Below are positions 1 through 9,631 of a stretch of DNA of 64,000 bases, piece by piece. The notes beneath the pieces are model-generated. The model searched no databases and was not told the origin of the DNA. It saw nothing but the letters and a program-made list of their open reading frames with translations. The number at the start of each line of letters is the position of its first letter. The first letter of the stretch is position 1. The DNA lies in assembly GCA_003518105.1 (NCBI GenBank), contig DOZH01000008.1:122128-186127 (forward strand), read 5' to 3'. The DNA comes from Candidatus Uhrbacteria bacterium (lineage in GTDB: Bacteria; Patescibacteriota; Patescibacteriia; UBA9934). The translations under genes and the position numbers were made by a program.

Positions 1-320
1 CGTCGACGAGACTCGGCGCAAAGCTCAGCCAGTAACAGCAAGGCTTGAACACCAGGCACTCGATTACGTAACAACTGATCCGTTAACGCAGCCGAGGCGA
101 ACCGCAAGCCAACGCCGTCTGGCAAATTGAGGTCGAAGTTGTTGAGCAATTCTTTAAACGACGAGTCTCTTCGCGCCGCTAGCAGAAACTCCGGATTCGG
201 CGTGCAGACCAAATGCGCCGTCGAGACCCCAGCTTGGTTAAGCCGAGCAGCAAATAACCCTCGAGTTTGTGCGGCATCAACACTATCAATGCGCACGCCA
301 AACAAATTTACCGAATTCAT
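1..320 (-). CDS. WecB/TagA/CpsF-family (GT26) glycosyltransferase, N-terminal part; the gene continues beyond the window start
   Basis: Minus-strand translation from the ATG at 320-318 gives MNSVNLFGVRIDSV...LVCTPNPEFLLAARRD...LPDGVGL, matching the conserved TagA/WecG N-terminus. Its start forms an ATGA overlap with the stop of the upstream ORF. Confidence 0.6.
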   Translation of the reverse strand, partial: MNSVNLFGVRIDSVDAAQTRGLFAARLNQAGVSTAHLVCTPNPEFLLAARRDSSFKELLNNFDLNLPDGVGLRFASAALTDQLLRNRVPGVQALLLLAELCAESRR

Positions 321-757
321 AATTTACGCCACAAAATCACACACATTGCACCCAGCAAATCAAAAAATAAATCAGCTAAAGTATCCGCGACGCTTGTCTG
401 AGCTAATCCCCATTGTTGCCTGACGGTTGCCAACTGGTCCAATAAAAACTCGCCCCATTCCCAACCAATACCAACCAAAGCTACAAAACCAAGAACACAC
501 AGCGTATAAAAAACCAACTGCGGCCATTTCTTCTTACTCACCAAGTTAACGTTAATAACATTGTTATCCCACAACGCCAATGCCAGCACAGCCATCGCTA
601 CCCCACCACCAAAGTGCATAGGCACGTCATAGTACGGATACCAGGAATACAGGGCAATCATGCCGAGAATGTGAAAAAAGATAACCCAGGCGATAGCTGT
701 AGCTGCTTGTTTATAAGTTGTCATATTGCCCAATTCTAGCAGCAAAAAAGCGAGCAA
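317..757 (-). CDS. hypothetical polytopic membrane protein (146 aa)
   Basis: ORF track entry with several hydrophobic helices. It is translationally coupled to the TagA-like gene downstream by a 4-nt overlap. Confidence 0.5.
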   Translation of the reverse strand: MLAFLLLELGNMTTYKQAATAIAWVIFFHILGMIALYSWYPYYDVPMHFGGGVAMAVLALALWDNNVINVNLVSKKKWPQLVFYTLCVLGFVALVGIGWEWGEFLLDQLATVRQQWGLAQTSVADTLADLFFDLLGAMCVILWRKL

Positions 758-764
758 GCAAGGC

Positions 765-805
765 TTGACGAGGCTTTGTTAGCACTCTATACTTAGGACT
801 GCTAA
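765..805 (+). promoter_or_regulatory. sigma70-like promoter (TTGACG, 17-nt spacer, TATACT) overlapping a CIRCE-like inverted repeat (putative HrcA operator) upstream of clpB
   Basis: TTGACG lies at 765-770 and TATACT at 788-793. TTAGCACTC at 779-787, a 9-nt spacer, then GACTGCTAA at 797-805 match the CIRCE consensus TTAGCACTC-N9-GAGTGCTAA with one mismatch. Confidence 0.5.
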
Positions 806-835
806 GGGTGTTCTCGTTTATTTTAGCCATTTTCT

Positions 836-3490
836 ATGATGCCTAACAACTTCACCAGTAAATCTAATCAGGCCATGCAGGCTGCTCAAATGATCGCAGC
901 GGATAACGGTCAGCACGGCATCGAGCCAATTCACCTCCTGGCCGCCTTATTGGCCGACGACGACGGCATGGTCATGACTATCCTAGCCAAGCTCGACGCC
1001 CCAATCGCCGCTATTCAAAACGACGTCGTACGGATGCTGGAGACCATCCCCCGTCACGCCAGCGTGGAGCAACCAATTCCGGGGCAGATTTTTTTGACGC
1101 CGCCGTTGGCTCACGTCTTAGAAAGCGCCATCACTCTTGCCAAACAATTTGGCGATGAGTACATCTCCACGGAGCATCTCCTCTTGGCTTTGCTGACCGA
1201 AAAGATGACCGGTGGCTTGCTGCATAACCATAGCCTGAAGGCGGAGGACATTCTGCGCACACTCAAGGAAATTCGCGGCAACGACAAGGTGAATACCCCA
1301 GACCCAGAAAAGAAAACGCAGTCAATCGAGAAGTTCAGTATTAACATGACGGAACTGGCACGTCAGGGTAAATTGGACCCGGTCATTGGCCGCGATGAAG
1401 AAATTCGTCGCGTCATGCAGGTCCTGTCCCGCCGCACAAAAAATAATCCTGTACTCATTGGTGAAGCAGGTGTTGGTAAAACAGCGATTATTGAAGGCCT
1501 AGCCCAACGCGTGATTGCCGGCGACGTGCCAGAGTCGCTTAAAGAAAAAGAAATCGTCAGCCTCGACTTGGGTGCCATGGTTGCTGGTACCAAGTTCCGT
1601 GGCGAGTTCGAGGAACGCCTCAAATCTGTCGTCAACGAAATTAATGCCAGCAACGGTAAGATTATTTTGTTCATAGATGAGCTGCATATGTTGGTTGGCG
1701 CAGGTCATGGCGAGGACGCGCCGATGGACGCTAGCAACTTGCTCAAACCAGCCTTGGCTCGTGGCGAAATTCGCGTTGTCGGTGCCACTACCACTAAGGA
1801 ATACCAAAAGCACATTGAGAAGGATCAAGCTCTAGAACGACGCTTTCAGCCGATCATGGTGAATGAACCAAGTGTGGACGACACCATTGCTATTCTCCGT
1901 GGCATCAAGGAACGCTACGAAATTCACCACGGTGTACGTATTTCGGACAACGCCATCGTGGCTGCTGCCGAGCTCTCCACTCGTTACATCACCGACCGTC
2001 AGTTGCCAGACAAAGCTGTCGACCTCATTGATGAAGCAGCCTCTGCCCTGCGCTTACAAATTGACTCCATGCCAGAGGAATTGGACCGCTTGAAGCGTGA
2101 CGAAATGCGTTTACAAATTGAACGTCAAGCCCTCTTAAAGGAAGAGGACAAAGCCTCCAAAGCACGCTTAAAAGAAATTGAGCGTCAAATTGCGGACTTA
2201 AAGGAACAATCCGGCGCCCTGGAAATTGCCTGGAACTCGGAGAAGCAGTTGATTGAAGGTATTCGCGCCGCCAAAAACGACATGGACAAGCTCATCAATG
2301 AGGCAGAGTTTGAAGAACGTCGCGGCAATTTGCAGCGCGTGGCAGAAATTCGATACGGGCAAATTCCTAACAAACGCGAAGCTCTAAAAAAGACGGAAGC
2401 TGACTTAAAAGTCTTACAGCAGCAGCGTGGTTTGTTGAAAGAAGTTGTCGGCGAGGAAGACATCGCCGCCGTGGTTGGCCGCTGGACGCACATTCCGGTC
2501 TCAAAAATGTTGGAGGGTGAATTAACCAAGCTGGCTCGCATGGAAGACGCCCTCAAAAAGCGCGTTATCGGACAAGAAGAAGCTATTCACGCCGTCAGCA
2601 ATGCGCTCCGTCGTTCTCGCGCTGGCATTAGCGAAGAAAATCGCCCGATTGGCAGCTTCATCTTCATGGGCCCAACCGGCGTCGGTAAAACTGAACTCGC
2701 CAAAGCACTCGCCGAGTTCATGTTCAACGACGAGAAAGCCCTCGTCCGCCTGGACATGAGCGAATACATGGAGCGTCACAGTATGAGTAAAATGGTTGGT
2801 TCTCCACCAGGTTATGTTGGCTACGACGAAGCTGGCCAGTTAACTGAGAAAATCCGCAAACACCCTTACTCCGTGGTGCTGTTCGACGAAATTGAAAAGG
2901 CCCACCCCGACGTTTTCAACCTCCTCTTGCAAATCCTAGACGATGGTCACATCACGGACGCCAAGGGTCGCAAAGTCAACTTCAAGAACACGGTGATCAT
3001 CATGACGAGCAACATTGGTTCCGACGCTATTTTAAGCAATCAACAGCGCTCCAGCCTTGGCTTCCACGACGGCACCGTCACCGCGGATGACTCGACCAAA
3101 GGCAAAGTTCTCGAGTTATTGAAGGAACACTTCCGCCCAGAGTTTTTAAACCGTATTGACGAGACGATTGTCTTCCAGGCGCTGACACAGGAGCAAATTG
3201 CGGAGGTGGTCGAGCTGCAACTCGCCATCGTCGGCAAGCGCCTGATAACCGAGCGTGGTATTGGCCTCAAGGTGACGGAAAAGGCCAAAAAGCTTCTGGC
3301 CTTGCGCGGTTACGACCCGCAGTACGGCGCCCGTCCGTTAAAGCGTGTCATTCAGTCCATGATCCTCGATCCGCTAGCCATGAAAATCATCACTGGCGAT
3401 ATCCGTGACAGCGCCGCCCTCACCATCGACGCCAACAAGAAGGAAGAGATTGAGATTAGAAGCAAAGAATTAGTGGGTAGTAGAAAGTAG
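836..3490 (+). CDS. clpB: ATP-dependent chaperone ClpB (884 aa)
   Basis: Clp N-domain, two AAA+ modules with GEAGVGKT and GPTGVGKT Walker A motifs, and a long coiled-coil middle domain. Confidence 0.95.
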   Translation: MMPNNFTSKSNQAMQAAQMIAADNGQHGIEPIHLLAALLADDDGMVMTILAKLDAPIAAIQNDVVRMLETIPRHASVEQPIPGQIFLTPPLAHVLESAITLAKQFGDEYISTEHLLLALLTEKMTGGLLHNHSLKAEDILRTLKEIRGNDKVNTPDPEKKTQSIEKFSINMTELARQGKLDPVIGRDEEIRRVMQVLSRRTKNNPVLIGEAGVGKTAIIEGLAQRVIAGDVPESLKEKEIVSLDLGAMVAGTKFRGEFEERLKSVVNEINASNGKIILFIDELHMLVGAGHGEDAPMDASNLLKPALARGEIRVVGATTTKEYQKHIEKDQALERRFQPIMVNEPSVDDTIAILRGIKERYEIHHGVRISDNAIVAAAELSTRYITDRQLPDKAVDLIDEAASALRLQIDSMPEELDRLKRDEMRLQIERQALLKEEDKASKARLKEIERQIADLKEQSGALEIAWNSEKQLIEGIRAAKNDMDKLINEAEFEERRGNLQRVAEIRYGQIPNKREALKKTEADLKVLQQQRGLLKEVVGEEDIAAVVGRWTHIPVSKMLEGELTKLARMEDALKKRVIGQEEAIHAVSNALRRSRAGISEENRPIGSFIFMGPTGVGKTELAKALAEFMFNDEKALVRLDMSEYMERHSMSKMVGSPPGYVGYDEAGQLTEKIRKHPYSVVLFDEIEKAHPDVFNLLLQILDDGHITDAKGRKVNFKNTVIIMTSNIGSDAILSNQQRSSLGFHDGTVTADDSTKGKVLELLKEHFRPEFLNRIDETIVFQALTQEQIAEVVELQLAIVGKRLITERGIGLKVTEKAKKLLALRGYDPQYGARPLKRVIQSMILDPLAMKIITGDIRDSAALTIDANKKEEIEIRSKELVGSRK

Positions 3491-3521
3491 ATTGTAGAAG
3501 GTAGATTAACAAAATTAATTC

Positions 3522-3553
3522 AAAAAAAATCTGGCTCGAGCCAGATTTTTTTT
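3522..3553. terminator. bidirectional rho-independent terminator between the convergent clpB and ppa genes
   Basis: A8 tract, the perfect palindrome CTGGCTCGAGCCAG, then a T8 tract. Confidence 0.7.
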
Positions 3554-3598
3554 AGTTCGCGTTCTACTTTCTACAGTCTACAATCTACTTTCTTTTCT

Positions 3599-4105
3599 TT
3601 ACTTCTTAAAATTCTCCATCGCTGCCACGATAATTGCTTTAGCGGCAGCGGCGTCTTGCCAGTCCTCGATCTTGGTCATCTTCTTCTCCAGAATTTTATA
3701 GCTCTCAAAGAAGAAAGAAATTTCGTCCTTCAAGTGCTGAGTCACGTCGGCCAAGTCGTTAATGTGCTTGAAGCGCACGTCGTCCTTAGCCACAGCCAAG
3801 ATCTTCTCGTCCTGGCCCTTGTCGTCACTCATGACGAGGACGCCGATTGGGCGAACGTCAACAGCCACGCCTGGAAAAAGTGGATTGCTGACCATGACCA
3901 AAACGTCCAACGGATCGCCATCGCCACCCAAAGTTTCTGGAAAGAAACCGTAATCACAAGGGTAAAACATGGGTGAAAAAAGCACGCGGTCGAGCTTGAT
4001 GATGCCTTGCTCGTGGTCAAATTCGTACTTGTTCTGACTGCCGCGTGGCACCTCAATCACGGCTTGGCAGACGTCTGGGGCTTTGCTTCCAATGCTCAAA
4101 TTCAT
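3599..4105 (-). CDS. ppa: inorganic pyrophosphatase (168 aa)
   Basis: The motifs EIPRGS..KYE, DGDPLDVLV and the overall family-I PPase architecture. Confidence 0.9.
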   Translation of the reverse strand: MNLSIGSKAPDVCQAVIEVPRGSQNKYEFDHEQGIIKLDRVLFSPMFYPCDYGFFPETLGGDGDPLDVLVMVSNPLFPGVAVDVRPIGVLVMSDDKGQDEKILAVAKDDVRFKHINDLADVTQHLKDEISFFFESYKILEKKMTKIEDWQDAAAAKAIIVAAMENFKK

Positions 4106-4193
4106 AGGTCGATTATTAAAGTCGATGTCCGCATGATAAGGCCGATTTTACCCTCTGTCAAAGGTTTTTGGGCCTGTGGTATAATAAAGCCCT

Positions 4194-5555
4194 ATGAAAC
4201 GACTTCTTACCACCCTCGCCCTTAGCACGCTGGTTCTAACACCACTCAGTTCGGTGCTAGCTTTTGACCCTAATTATATAATTTCCGACGACGAACTAAC
4301 TAATCCCTTTGCCCTCGACCGTAACCAAATCCAGGCTTACCTAGACCGCGGCTACCTCGGAACCTATCGCACAGAAGATAATACCGGTGTCGTCCGTTAT
4401 GCCGCCGACATTATTTTGCGCGCAGCCCAAAGTGCTGGCGTCAGCCCGAAGTTCTTACTTGTGCTCTTACAAAAAGAACAAAGTTTAGTGGAGGACGACG
4501 CTCCGACTGACAATCAGCTCGATTGGGCTACCGGCTACGCTGTGTGCGACGACTGCTCTAAAGACGATGGCACCATTCAACGTTGGCGCGGTTTCGGTAA
4601 GCAGGTCAATTCCGCAGCGCTCCAGTTCAGCGAGGGCTACCTGGCGGATATTGCCGCCAATGGCAGCACACAAGGAAAATACGGACCAGATATTAAGGTG
4701 AAAATAGACAGCACAACCGTCACGCCAGTCAACGCCGCCACCGCCGCGCTTTATGCTTACACCCCGCACATTCACGGCAACGAAAATTTCGCCAGCATTT
4801 GGGACCGTTGGTTCGGTGCCAACTACCCTTCCGGTTCACTCTTGCAAGCAGCTGGCGAGGCTAACGTCTATTTGATTCAGAACGGTTACAAGCGGCTAAT
4901 CACGAGCTATAGCGCACTTACTTCACGTTTTAATGCGAACCTAATTGTGCAGGTTAGCAAGACCATTCTCAACAATCACCCTGATGGTTCCCCGATCAGC
5001 TTCCCTAACTATTCACTGTTAGAGGACGAGGAGAGTAACGTCTACCTACTGGTGGACGACAGTCTCCGTAAAATTGATAGTAATGAAACTTTTAAATCGA
5101 TCGGCTTTTCAAGCGACGAAATTGTGGGTATCACCAACGCTGAACGTGACGCCTACACCATGGGTAACAATATTACTAACGCCACGGTCGACCCAACCGG
5201 CAAGCTCTACCAATTAAAGTCGAACAAGGCTGTGTACTATGTTCGCGATGGTATCCGCCAGGTGATTGTGGACCCAGCTATTCTCACCGCCCGCTTCCCC
5301 AACGAGCAACCAACGCCAGTTGACTCAGTAGTTATCGAGCAATACAAAGAAGGCAAAGCGCTACTCTTGCCCGACGGTAACCTAGTCAAAGGCGTGCTCG
5401 ATCCCACAGTCTATGTCATCACTGACGGTATGCGTCGCGCTATTGATTCCGAGGCCACCTTCCACAGCTTTGGTTGGTCTTTCAGTCATGTATTGACCAT
5501 TAACGACGAAGCCCTCGCCCTGCACCCCCTCGGCGCAGATCTAACTTCGGAATAA
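4194..5555 (+). CDS. secreted hypothetical protein (453 aa) with an N-terminal signal peptide
   Basis: ORF track entry. The N-terminus MKRLLTTLALSTLVLTPLSSVLA is hydrophobic. No family was recognised. Confidence 0.55.
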   Translation: MKRLLTTLALSTLVLTPLSSVLAFDPNYIISDDELTNPFALDRNQIQAYLDRGYLGTYRTEDNTGVVRYAADIILRAAQSAGVSPKFLLVLLQKEQSLVEDDAPTDNQLDWATGYAVCDDCSKDDGTIQRWRGFGKQVNSAALQFSEGYLADIAANGSTQGKYGPDIKVKIDSTTVTPVNAATAALYAYTPHIHGNENFASIWDRWFGANYPSGSLLQAAGEANVYLIQNGYKRLITSYSALTSRFNANLIVQVSKTILNNHPDGSPISFPNYSLLEDEESNVYLLVDDSLRKIDSNETFKSIGFSSDEIVGITNAERDAYTMGNNITNATVDPTGKLYQLKSNKAVYYVRDGIRQVIVDPAILTARFPNEQPTPVDSVVIEQYKEGKALLLPDGNLVKGVLDPTVYVITDGMRRAIDSEATFHSFGWSFSHVLTINDEALALHPLGADLTSE

Positions 5556-5556
5556 T

Positions 5557-6348
5557 ATGATTGTTTTCGCAGCGCATGTTCCTAATTCTCCACTACTATT
5601 ACCGTCTATCAGCGGTGACCGGATTGGAGCAGTCAAAAAAACCTGCGCTGCCATGGACCAGTTGGCCGATGAGTTGTACGCCACCAAGCCAGATACCATC
5701 GTGCTAATTAGCGATCAACCCACGCGTTACAGCGAGGCCTTCTCCATTTCCGTCAGTGATCCTTATGCTGCAGACCTAGCGAACGTGGGCGACTTGAGCT
5801 ACAAACAAACTTATCATCCTGATTTCGGTTTAATCGACGCCTTGCAGCGCGCCTTACGCAAGTTCGACGAAGCCGTAACCCTAACAACTGACCCACATCT
5901 CAACTTCGCCGCCGCTATCCCGCTTGACTTACTCACCGAACACTTACCAAACATCCGCGTCGTACCAATCAGCCCGTGCGACCTGGACCCCAAGGCTCAC
6001 TTTACCTTTGGCCAATCCCTCAAACACACGCTCGTTGAGAGCAAAAAACGCATCGCCGTTATTTCCGCGGGTGACCTGGCTCATACTTTAACAGACTTTG
6101 CTCCAGGCGGCCTTCACACAAGCGGCGCCGAATACGACGACGCCTTATTGACGCTACTCGAACAGCACAACGTGGTCGGCCTCTTGCAAATTGAGGAAAA
6201 GCTTCGTCACGAGGCTCAAGAGTCAGCCTATTTCAAACTACTCATTCTACTTGGCGTTCTCGACGGCATGCCTGTATTAACCAATTTGTTAAGTTACGAG
6301 TACCCTTTCGGGGTTGGCCTGGCTGTGGTAAATTTCATTTTAGAGTAG
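5557..6348 (+). CDS. LigB/YgiD-type class III extradiol dioxygenase-like protein (263 aa)
   Basis: FAAHVPNSP near the N-terminus and SAGDLAHTL later resemble the His-containing motifs of YgiD/DODA/MEMO-like proteins. This is a weak, by-eye call. Confidence 0.4.
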   Translation: MIVFAAHVPNSPLLLPSISGDRIGAVKKTCAAMDQLADELYATKPDTIVLISDQPTRYSEAFSISVSDPYAADLANVGDLSYKQTYHPDFGLIDALQRALRKFDEAVTLTTDPHLNFAAAIPLDLLTEHLPNIRVVPISPCDLDPKAHFTFGQSLKHTLVESKKRIAVISAGDLAHTLTDFAPGGLHTSGAEYDDALLTLLEQHNVVGLLQIEEKLRHEAQESAYFKLLILLGVLDGMPVLTNLLSYEYPFGVGLAVVNFILE

Positions 6349-6352
6349 GTAG

Positions 6353-8212
6353 TTGGTAGTTATGTTCCTCCGAGTTTACCCCATTTTACGATTGCCGCGG
6401 CGATTCGGCGTCTTTGATTATGAGTTACCGGAGGGACTGAGCGTCTCGCCCGGTGACTTGGTGCACGTGCCATTTCATAATCGGGTTATCCTGGCGGTAG
6501 CGGTGGCTTTGACCGAGGTGACAGAGGTGCGGAGCAAACTAGCCCAAGCAATAGACGTCGCCTTCCCGCGGGCCTTAGCCAAGGCCGACATTGACCGCTT
6601 AGTGAATCTGGCCCAAACAATTGCGCAGTCACCTTCCACTATTTTTTTATCTTCATTCGGGGTACTGAAAAATGAGCAATCCGCGCCACGTCTAGTGTCG
6701 CAAAATAACATGCAACTTTCACTACCAAGAGACCTGGTGGAGCAGTTACAGCAAATCGTTAAATTAATAAAGCCAAGTGCGGCAGGACCCGACGAACTAT
6801 GGTCCCCAAGCCTTGGCGATGTACCTCAGACTGATATTGTCTGCCAATTGGGCACCGAAGCCTCGTTCGCCCTAGCCAAACTTCTTCGTCAAAGAACAAA
6901 AGGACAGATGCTCATCATCATGCCCCGCGAACGGGATGTCGAGCTGCTTGGTCGGCTGATCGATCTTGGGAAGAGCACAGCCACACTCCACGGCCACACC
7001 AAACCGTACGAGCGTGAAAAGATTATTCATGCCTGGCGGACTGGCCGGCTGCAAACTTTAATTGGAACGTTGCAGGCCACACTTATTCCAGCGCATAAAA
7101 TCGACACTGTTCTCCTCATGAGCACTGGCACGGATGACCATTTCTCCGACCGTCGTAACCCCAGGCTCGATAACAGACTGTGCGCCGAGGCTCAGGCCCG
7201 GCAGCACGGTGCATTGTTTGTGACCACGGATTATCTGCCGCGTCCTGAGGAGATTGCTTTAACCACTACCCCGCTACCCTGCTACGCCCCTACCCCGCTT
7301 GATCTCAGCGTCGTCGATTTACGTAAACCAGACGAGCAAACGGCCACGCAATTACTGAGCGAAACGCTGCTAGCTGAGGTAAATAATGCTTTACAAAGCC
7401 AAAAAAAGGTGCTACTTTTCTATAACCGCAAAGGCGTTGCCAAGCGAGTTGTTTGCTCTAGCTGCAGCGCCATGGTGGTTTGCCCAACTTGCGGCAACGT
7501 TCCGTCCATTCGGCCGCCAATGGCCAACTGCTTACGCTGCGGCCACATCTGGCCCATTCCTGAAAAGTGTGGGGCCTGCCAAGTAGGCCACCTTAGCCTC
7601 AAAGGCATTGGCAACGCTCACTTGGAAAAGGCCCTGGTCGCCCTGTTCCCCACTTACACCGTGGGCCGCGTGGAGAAGAACCACACGGAAGGACGGCAGG
7701 CGCAAATTCAGTTGGTGACCGAGTATTTCTTTTCCAGCTTGGTCGAGCCGTTCGCGCGTAAAGAATATGGGCTGGTGGCCGACCTGGCTGCGGATCTTTC
7801 GCTCAACCCCGAGAATTTTCGGGCGGAAGAGGAGACAGCGCGCAAACTGCATCGACTAGCAAGTTTCGGCAAACAGCAAAACGCCACAGTCGTCGTCCAA
7901 ACCTGGCTACCGGATCTCATCGACGCGATGAAGAACGCCGCAGTCTGGCTAGAGAACGAAACGGCCACCCGGCAAAATTACGGCTTACCACCGTTCGCTG
8001 CCCAGGTGACGGTTCGCCACATTGATTCTGCTGCCTTAATTGCCGTGACTAACCAGACCTTCGTCGACGTACCTGAAAAGCTTGAAGCGATCGGGCGAAT
8101 TCCGTACAATAAGCTGGACGAAATTATTGCCACTTTAGCCACCCTGCCCGATACCGCTGTAATTTCTATTGATCGCACCTATGTCAGCCCTAACAGTCCT
8201 CTGCAATCCTAA
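6353..8212 (+). CDS. priA: primosomal protein N' (PriA)-like, with degenerate helicase motifs
   Basis: PriA-like N-terminal DNA-binding region (FDYELPEGLSVSPGDLVHVPF) and a Cys-rich zinc ribbon (CSSCS..CPTCG..CLRCG..CGAC). No canonical Walker A or DExH motif was found; STGTDDHF sits where DEEH is expected. Confidence 0.6.
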   Translation: MVVMFLRVYPILRLPRRFGVFDYELPEGLSVSPGDLVHVPFHNRVILAVAVALTEVTEVRSKLAQAIDVAFPRALAKADIDRLVNLAQTIAQSPSTIFLSSFGVLKNEQSAPRLVSQNNMQLSLPRDLVEQLQQIVKLIKPSAAGPDELWSPSLGDVPQTDIVCQLGTEASFALAKLLRQRTKGQMLIIMPRERDVELLGRLIDLGKSTATLHGHTKPYEREKIIHAWRTGRLQTLIGTLQATLIPAHKIDTVLLMSTGTDDHFSDRRNPRLDNRLCAEAQARQHGALFVTTDYLPRPEEIALTTTPLPCYAPTPLDLSVVDLRKPDEQTATQLLSETLLAEVNNALQSQKKVLLFYNRKGVAKRVVCSSCSAMVVCPTCGNVPSIRPPMANCLRCGHIWPIPEKCGACQVGHLSLKGIGNAHLEKALVALFPTYTVGRVEKNHTEGRQAQIQLVTEYFFSSLVEPFARKEYGLVADLAADLSLNPENFRAEEETARKLHRLASFGKQQNATVVVQTWLPDLIDAMKNAAVWLENETATRQNYGLPPFAAQVTVRHIDSAALIAVTNQTFVDVPEKLEAIGRIPYNKLDEIIATLATLPDTAVISIDRTYVSPNSPLQS

Positions 8213-8660
8213 TCCTGAACTCCGTGTACTCTCCGAAGCTTTAAGCGACGAGGATATTTTGCTGCCGCATACCCAAAAATTGATTGACGACATGATTGTC
8301 ACCATGCAGGTAGAAGACGGCGTTGGTTTGGCGGCTCCACAAGTTGGCGCTCACCTGCGTATTATTATTGCTGAGACGCCCCACGGCAACGAGGCTTTTA
8401 TTAACCCAGTCATCACCTCGCGCTCAGTGCGCCTGGTGCCAAGCACCGAAGGCTGCCTCTCTGTGCCCGGTATGTCAGGCACCGTTAAGCGTAATTCCAG
8501 CGTAAAGGTGACGGCCAAGAACAGACTAGGCGAAACGGTCGACATTAAAGCTAACGGCTTGCTGGCGATTATCTTCCAGCACGAGATTGACCACTTGGAC
8601 GGTATTCTGTTCATTGATCGCGCGGACAAGGTTTATACCGATGCTAAGTCGCGCTTATAA
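8181..8660 (+). CDS. def: peptide deformylase
   Basis: The motifs GLAAPQVG, EGCLSVPG and QHEIDHLDG. The ORF-track frame begins at 8169; 8181 (MSALTVL) is the more plausible start. Confidence 0.9.
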   Translation: MSALTVLCNPNPELRVLSEALSDEDILLPHTQKLIDDMIVTMQVEDGVGLAAPQVGAHLRIIIAETPHGNEAFINPVITSRSVRLVPSTEGCLSVPGMSGTVKRNSSVKVTAKNRLGETVDIKANGLLAIIFQHEIDHLDGILFIDRADKVYTDAKSRL

Positions 8661-9573
8661 TGTGAAAATAATTTTCTTCGGTACGCCGCAATTCTCTGCA
8701 GACTTTTTGCAAGGACTCATGAATGAGTCGGAGTTTGAGGTGGTTGGCGTGGTTTGTCAGCCGGACGAACCACTCGGCCGTAAAAAGATTTTGACCGCAC
8801 CACCCACTAAACAGCTAGCTCTGTCTCACAATATCCCAGTCTTCCAACCAACCAAGCTCAAGGACGAAGCCTTTATTGAATCTCTGCGCCAACTTAACGC
8901 CGACGCTTTTGTAGTCGTTTCCTACGGTCGCATTATCCCGCAAATCGTGCTCGACTTGCCCAAGCTCGGCGTAATCAACGTCCACCCGTCACTATTGCCA
9001 AAATATCGCGGCCCATCCCCCATGCAATCCGCAATCGCAGCTGGTGAGACGGAAACTGGTATTTCGATAATGAAACTCGACGCTCTCATGGACCACGGGC
9101 CAATCTTGGCGCAAACGAAGTTATCAATTACTCCACAGACCACCAGCGAATCGCTGATGGCCGAAGTAGTCGCTACTGGCGTGCCTCTATTAATTGAAAC
9201 TCTCAAAAAGTTTACTCTCGGCGAAATTACCCCAACCGAACAAGATCACGCTAGCGCCACTATCTGTTCCCTGCTTTCTCGCGCCGACGGTATCATCGAC
9301 TGGTCGCAACCAGCCGAAGTTATCTACGCTCATGTTCGCGGCTTGAATCCCTGGCCTGGGACGTCGACTCATGATTTAAAAATTTTCTCGGTCAAAATTA
9401 CAGCACAAGAATTGCCACCGGGCCAGGTCTTGATTCAGGGCAACCGGCTGTTTATCGGCACCGGTTCCTCCGCTTTGGAAATTATCGAAATCCAGCCCAC
9501 CGCTGGTAAACGCATGCCTACCGCCGCTTTCATTGCTGGGCACCGTGAGTTGAGTGGTACGAGTCTCCTGTAA
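8641..9573 (+). CDS. fmt: methionyl-tRNA formyltransferase
   Basis: N-terminal formyltransferase fold (KIIFFGTPQFS, VVCQPDEPLGRKK) and the HPSLLPKYRG motif. This is the classic def-fmt pair. The ATG at 8641 was preferred over the extended frame from 8587. Confidence 0.9.
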   Translation: MLSRAYNVKIIFFGTPQFSADFLQGLMNESEFEVVGVVCQPDEPLGRKKILTAPPTKQLALSHNIPVFQPTKLKDEAFIESLRQLNADAFVVVSYGRIIPQIVLDLPKLGVINVHPSLLPKYRGPSPMQSAIAAGETETGISIMKLDALMDHGPILAQTKLSITPQTTSESLMAEVVATGVPLLIETLKKFTLGEITPTEQDHASATICSLLSRADGIIDWSQPAEVIYAHVRGLNPWPGTSTHDLKIFSVKITAQELPPGQVLIQGNRLFIGTGSSALEIIEIQPTAGKRMPTAAFIAGHRELSGTSLL

Positions 9574-9631
9574 ACTTTTTAGTGAGCCTGTCAGGTGCGA
9601 GCGATGAGCCTTGGCAGGTGAACGAGTCAAT

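Noticed and set aside
127-423. 98-aa plus-strand ORF
   Set aside because: It lies entirely antisense to the TagA-like gene and the upstream membrane-protein gene, both of which have recognisable protein features, and it has no RBS or family support.
1111-3288. Several 60-123-aa ORFs antisense to or nested in clpB
   Set aside because: They sit inside a confidently identified, conserved 884-aa gene and are typical antisense-frame noise.
9574-9631. Short imperfect direct repeat (TGAGCCTGTCAGGTG / TGAGCCTTGGCAGGTG) between the convergent fmt and ABC-exporter genes
   Set aside because: It is too short and imperfect to interpret. It is probably a degenerate terminator region.
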